DNA from: Candidatus Saccharimonadota bacterium
Lineage (GTDB): Bacteria > Patescibacteriota > Patescibacteriia > 2-12-FULL-60-25
Direction of reading: 5' to 3'
DNA length: 32,000 bases
NCBI GenBank assembly: GCA_016699205.1
Contig: CP064964.1
Coordinates: 150,001-182,000, forward strand
Below are positions 30,556-32,000 of the stretch, in pieces. The notes under the pieces are model-generated. The model ran no database searches, was not told the DNA's origin, and saw only the letters and a program-made list of their open reading frames with translations. Made by a program: the position numbers and the translations under genes. Numbering within the stretch: the stretch's first letter is position 1; the number at the start of each line of letters is the position of its first letter.

Positions 30556-32000
30556 TCAAAGCTTCTTGAACTCGCAGATATTACGGAAGTCGCAATATTT
30601 ACAGGTGAACGGTTCTGGCGTTGCAACAAAGTCGGAAGTAACGATGGCTTCCATGCGTTCCTGCAATTTACCGAGAAAGGCTTCGCGTTTCTCTTCCTTC
30701 AGAACATCGACGTCAGTTTCTACCCAATCGATAACGTAAATATACTTCATCGAGGAAACCTTGAGACCGCGTTCTTCAAGAGCAACCTGATAGAGGTGCA
30801 GCTGCTCTTTGTCTTCTGCGGATAATTCCTCTTTTGCTTTTCCTGTTTTGTAGTCGACGATGCAAACTGTGTCACCAGGGCCTTTATCGATGCGGTCAAT
30901 TTTTCCTTTGAGCGAATGGAGGCCGAGAATGAGCGTGAACGGCTCTTCTACACCAACGGTATCCGGCGCTTTAACCGCGCAATGCTGCCAGAAGTTTTTA
31001 ACGGCTTTTTTGCCATTCTCTTTATACTCGTCATGACGTTCACGTGACTCGTACCATTCATCGATCCAGTCTTCTTCAAACATCGCCATCGCCTCGGCGA
31101 GCGTGACACGAAAACCGCCTTCCGTTGTTTCAAAAGGTCCGGTCGTTTCACCAAAAAGTGAGCCCTGCGCGGCTTTTCCGCGCAGCTCATGTAATTGCAT
31201 GATGTGCTGATAGGTATTGTGGACGCTTTGACCGAAGCTTTTTTGATACGTGCCAAATTTTGGAATGCGATAAATATGCTCGAGCTTGTACGAGTACGGG
31301 CACTTACGAAATGTCGCAAGCTGGGTGAAACTGAATTTCTTTTTGAGTTCGTAGTGAACTAAGTCGGCACGCGGGTCTTCTTCTGGTTCGTGAAGTTCGA
31401 GACGGCGGGCGTCGGCGGTGAGATCGCCAGCGATCACCGGAATCTCAAGCGAGGATTCATTGAGGAACGCGGACGGTTTTTTGGCGCGCGCTCCCCCGTA
31501 ATGCGAGGCGCCGCTCAAGTAGAGAGCGTTTTTGGCGCGAGTCATCGCCACGTAAAAAAGACGGCGCTCTTCTTCCAGATGAACATCGCCTTCTGGCAAA
31601 CGTTCCTTTACCAACCCATCTGGTAGCGGGATAGCGTCGGTACGGGCTCGTGTCGGGAAGCGTTGATCGACGAGAGATGCAATAAAGACGTATTTGAATT
31701 CCAAACCTTTGGACGCGTGAATCGTCATGACTTTTACGAGCTCAGGGCCGGCGTCGGGATCAAAGTCGAGACCGCCTTCTTCTCCGGAATCGATTTCTTG
31801 ACGCAACTCCTCAAGAAAGCCGCGAAGCGATGGGCCGTGCGTTGAACGTTCGTAACGCTTGATGCGTTCGGCAAAACCATTCAAGTGCTGGATATATTCG
31901 CGTTTCTCGCGCTCAGGCAAACGCATGACCATGGCGAGGTAGCCGCTTTTATCGAGCGCAAGCTGGAGTACGCGCAGAGGCGTTTCACGTTTTGCTGTTT
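30556..32000 (-). CDS. UvrD/PcrA/AddA-like helicase with C-terminal Cas4/RecB-type PD-(D/E)XK Fe-S nuclease (5' end outside window)
   Basis: Helicase block VMTIHASKGLEFKYVFI. Nuclease GKIDRID...CIVDYKTGK, bracketed by Cys residues (FRKCPYSY ... CKYCDFRNIC). The frame stays open past the track's Met at 31932 to base 32000. Confidence 0.85.
   Translation of the reverse strand, partial: TAKRETPLRVLQLALDKSGYLAMVMRLPEREKREYIQHLNGFAERIKRYERSTHGPSLRGFLEELRQEIDSGEEGGLDFDPDAGPELVKVMTIHASKGLEFKYVFIASLVDQRFPTRARTDAIPLPDGLVKERLPEGDVHLEEERRLFYVAMTRAKNALYLSGASHYGGARAKKPSAFLNESSLEIPVIAGDLTADARRLELHEPEEDPRADLVHYELKKKFSFTQLATFRKCPYSYKLEHIYRIPKFGTYQKSFGQSVHNTYQHIMQLHELRGKAAQGSLFGETTGPFETTEGGFRVTLAEAMAMFEEDWIDEWYESRERHDEYKENGKKAVKNFWQHCAVKAPDTVGVEEPFTLILGLHSLKGKIDRIDKGPGDTVCIVDYKTGKAKEELSAEDKEQLHLYQVALEERGLKVSSMKYIYVIDWVETDVDVLKEEKREAFLGKLQERMEAIVTSDFVATPEPFTCKYCDFRNICEFKKL

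Noticed and set aside
1-32000. CRISPR arrays, tRNA/rRNA genes, transposases, integrases, restriction-modification or known toxin-antitoxin/defence domains
   Set aside because: I scanned the intergenic regions and all ORF translations. There are no spaced direct repeats, no tRNA T-arm signatures and no recombinase, methyltransferase or known toxin motifs. The absence is by eye only and should be confirmed with tRNAscan-SE, CRISPR detection tools and domain searches.

Overview
This 32-kb bacterial window is about 50% GC and tightly packed, with no rRNA, tRNA, CRISPR array, transposase or integrase. Most of it is core housekeeping. On the plus strand I call typA/bipA, a class I ribonucleotide reductase operon (nrdB, nrdA), and rmuC plus a SanA/DUF218 gene. 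One long minus-strand gene train (32000 down to 19296) carries a UvrD-like helicase-nuclease, a DciA-like gene, a membrane protein, mreB-mreC-mreD-mrdA, a terminator, then greA-lysS-serS-alr-ddl-ftsQ, with gaps of -4 to 14 nt. Gene content and compactness fit a small-genome uncultivated bacterium, but that is inference only. Two GC-richer patches (about 1.4-2.9 kb and 4.8-7.9 kb; 55-65% GC in hand-counted lines versus 45-52% in core lines) encode unrecognisable proteins. These genes carry strong Shine-Dalgarno sites, whereas the core genes lack them and their -10 boxes sit 8-15 nt from the ATG, which looks leaderless. I found no hallmark of any known defence or mobile system. The best candidates for something undescribed are: (1) an orphan NrdJ C-terminal-like ORF leading the class I RNR operon, behind tandem NrdR boxes and a structured leader; (2) the 4.8-7.9 kb accessory patch (ORF6N DNA-binding protein plus four unknowns); (3) a promoter-to-terminator unit of about 215 nt with no ORF (candidate sRNA); (4) two terminator hairpins with identical arms 5 kb apart. 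All functional calls come from motif recognition by eye and need database confirmation.
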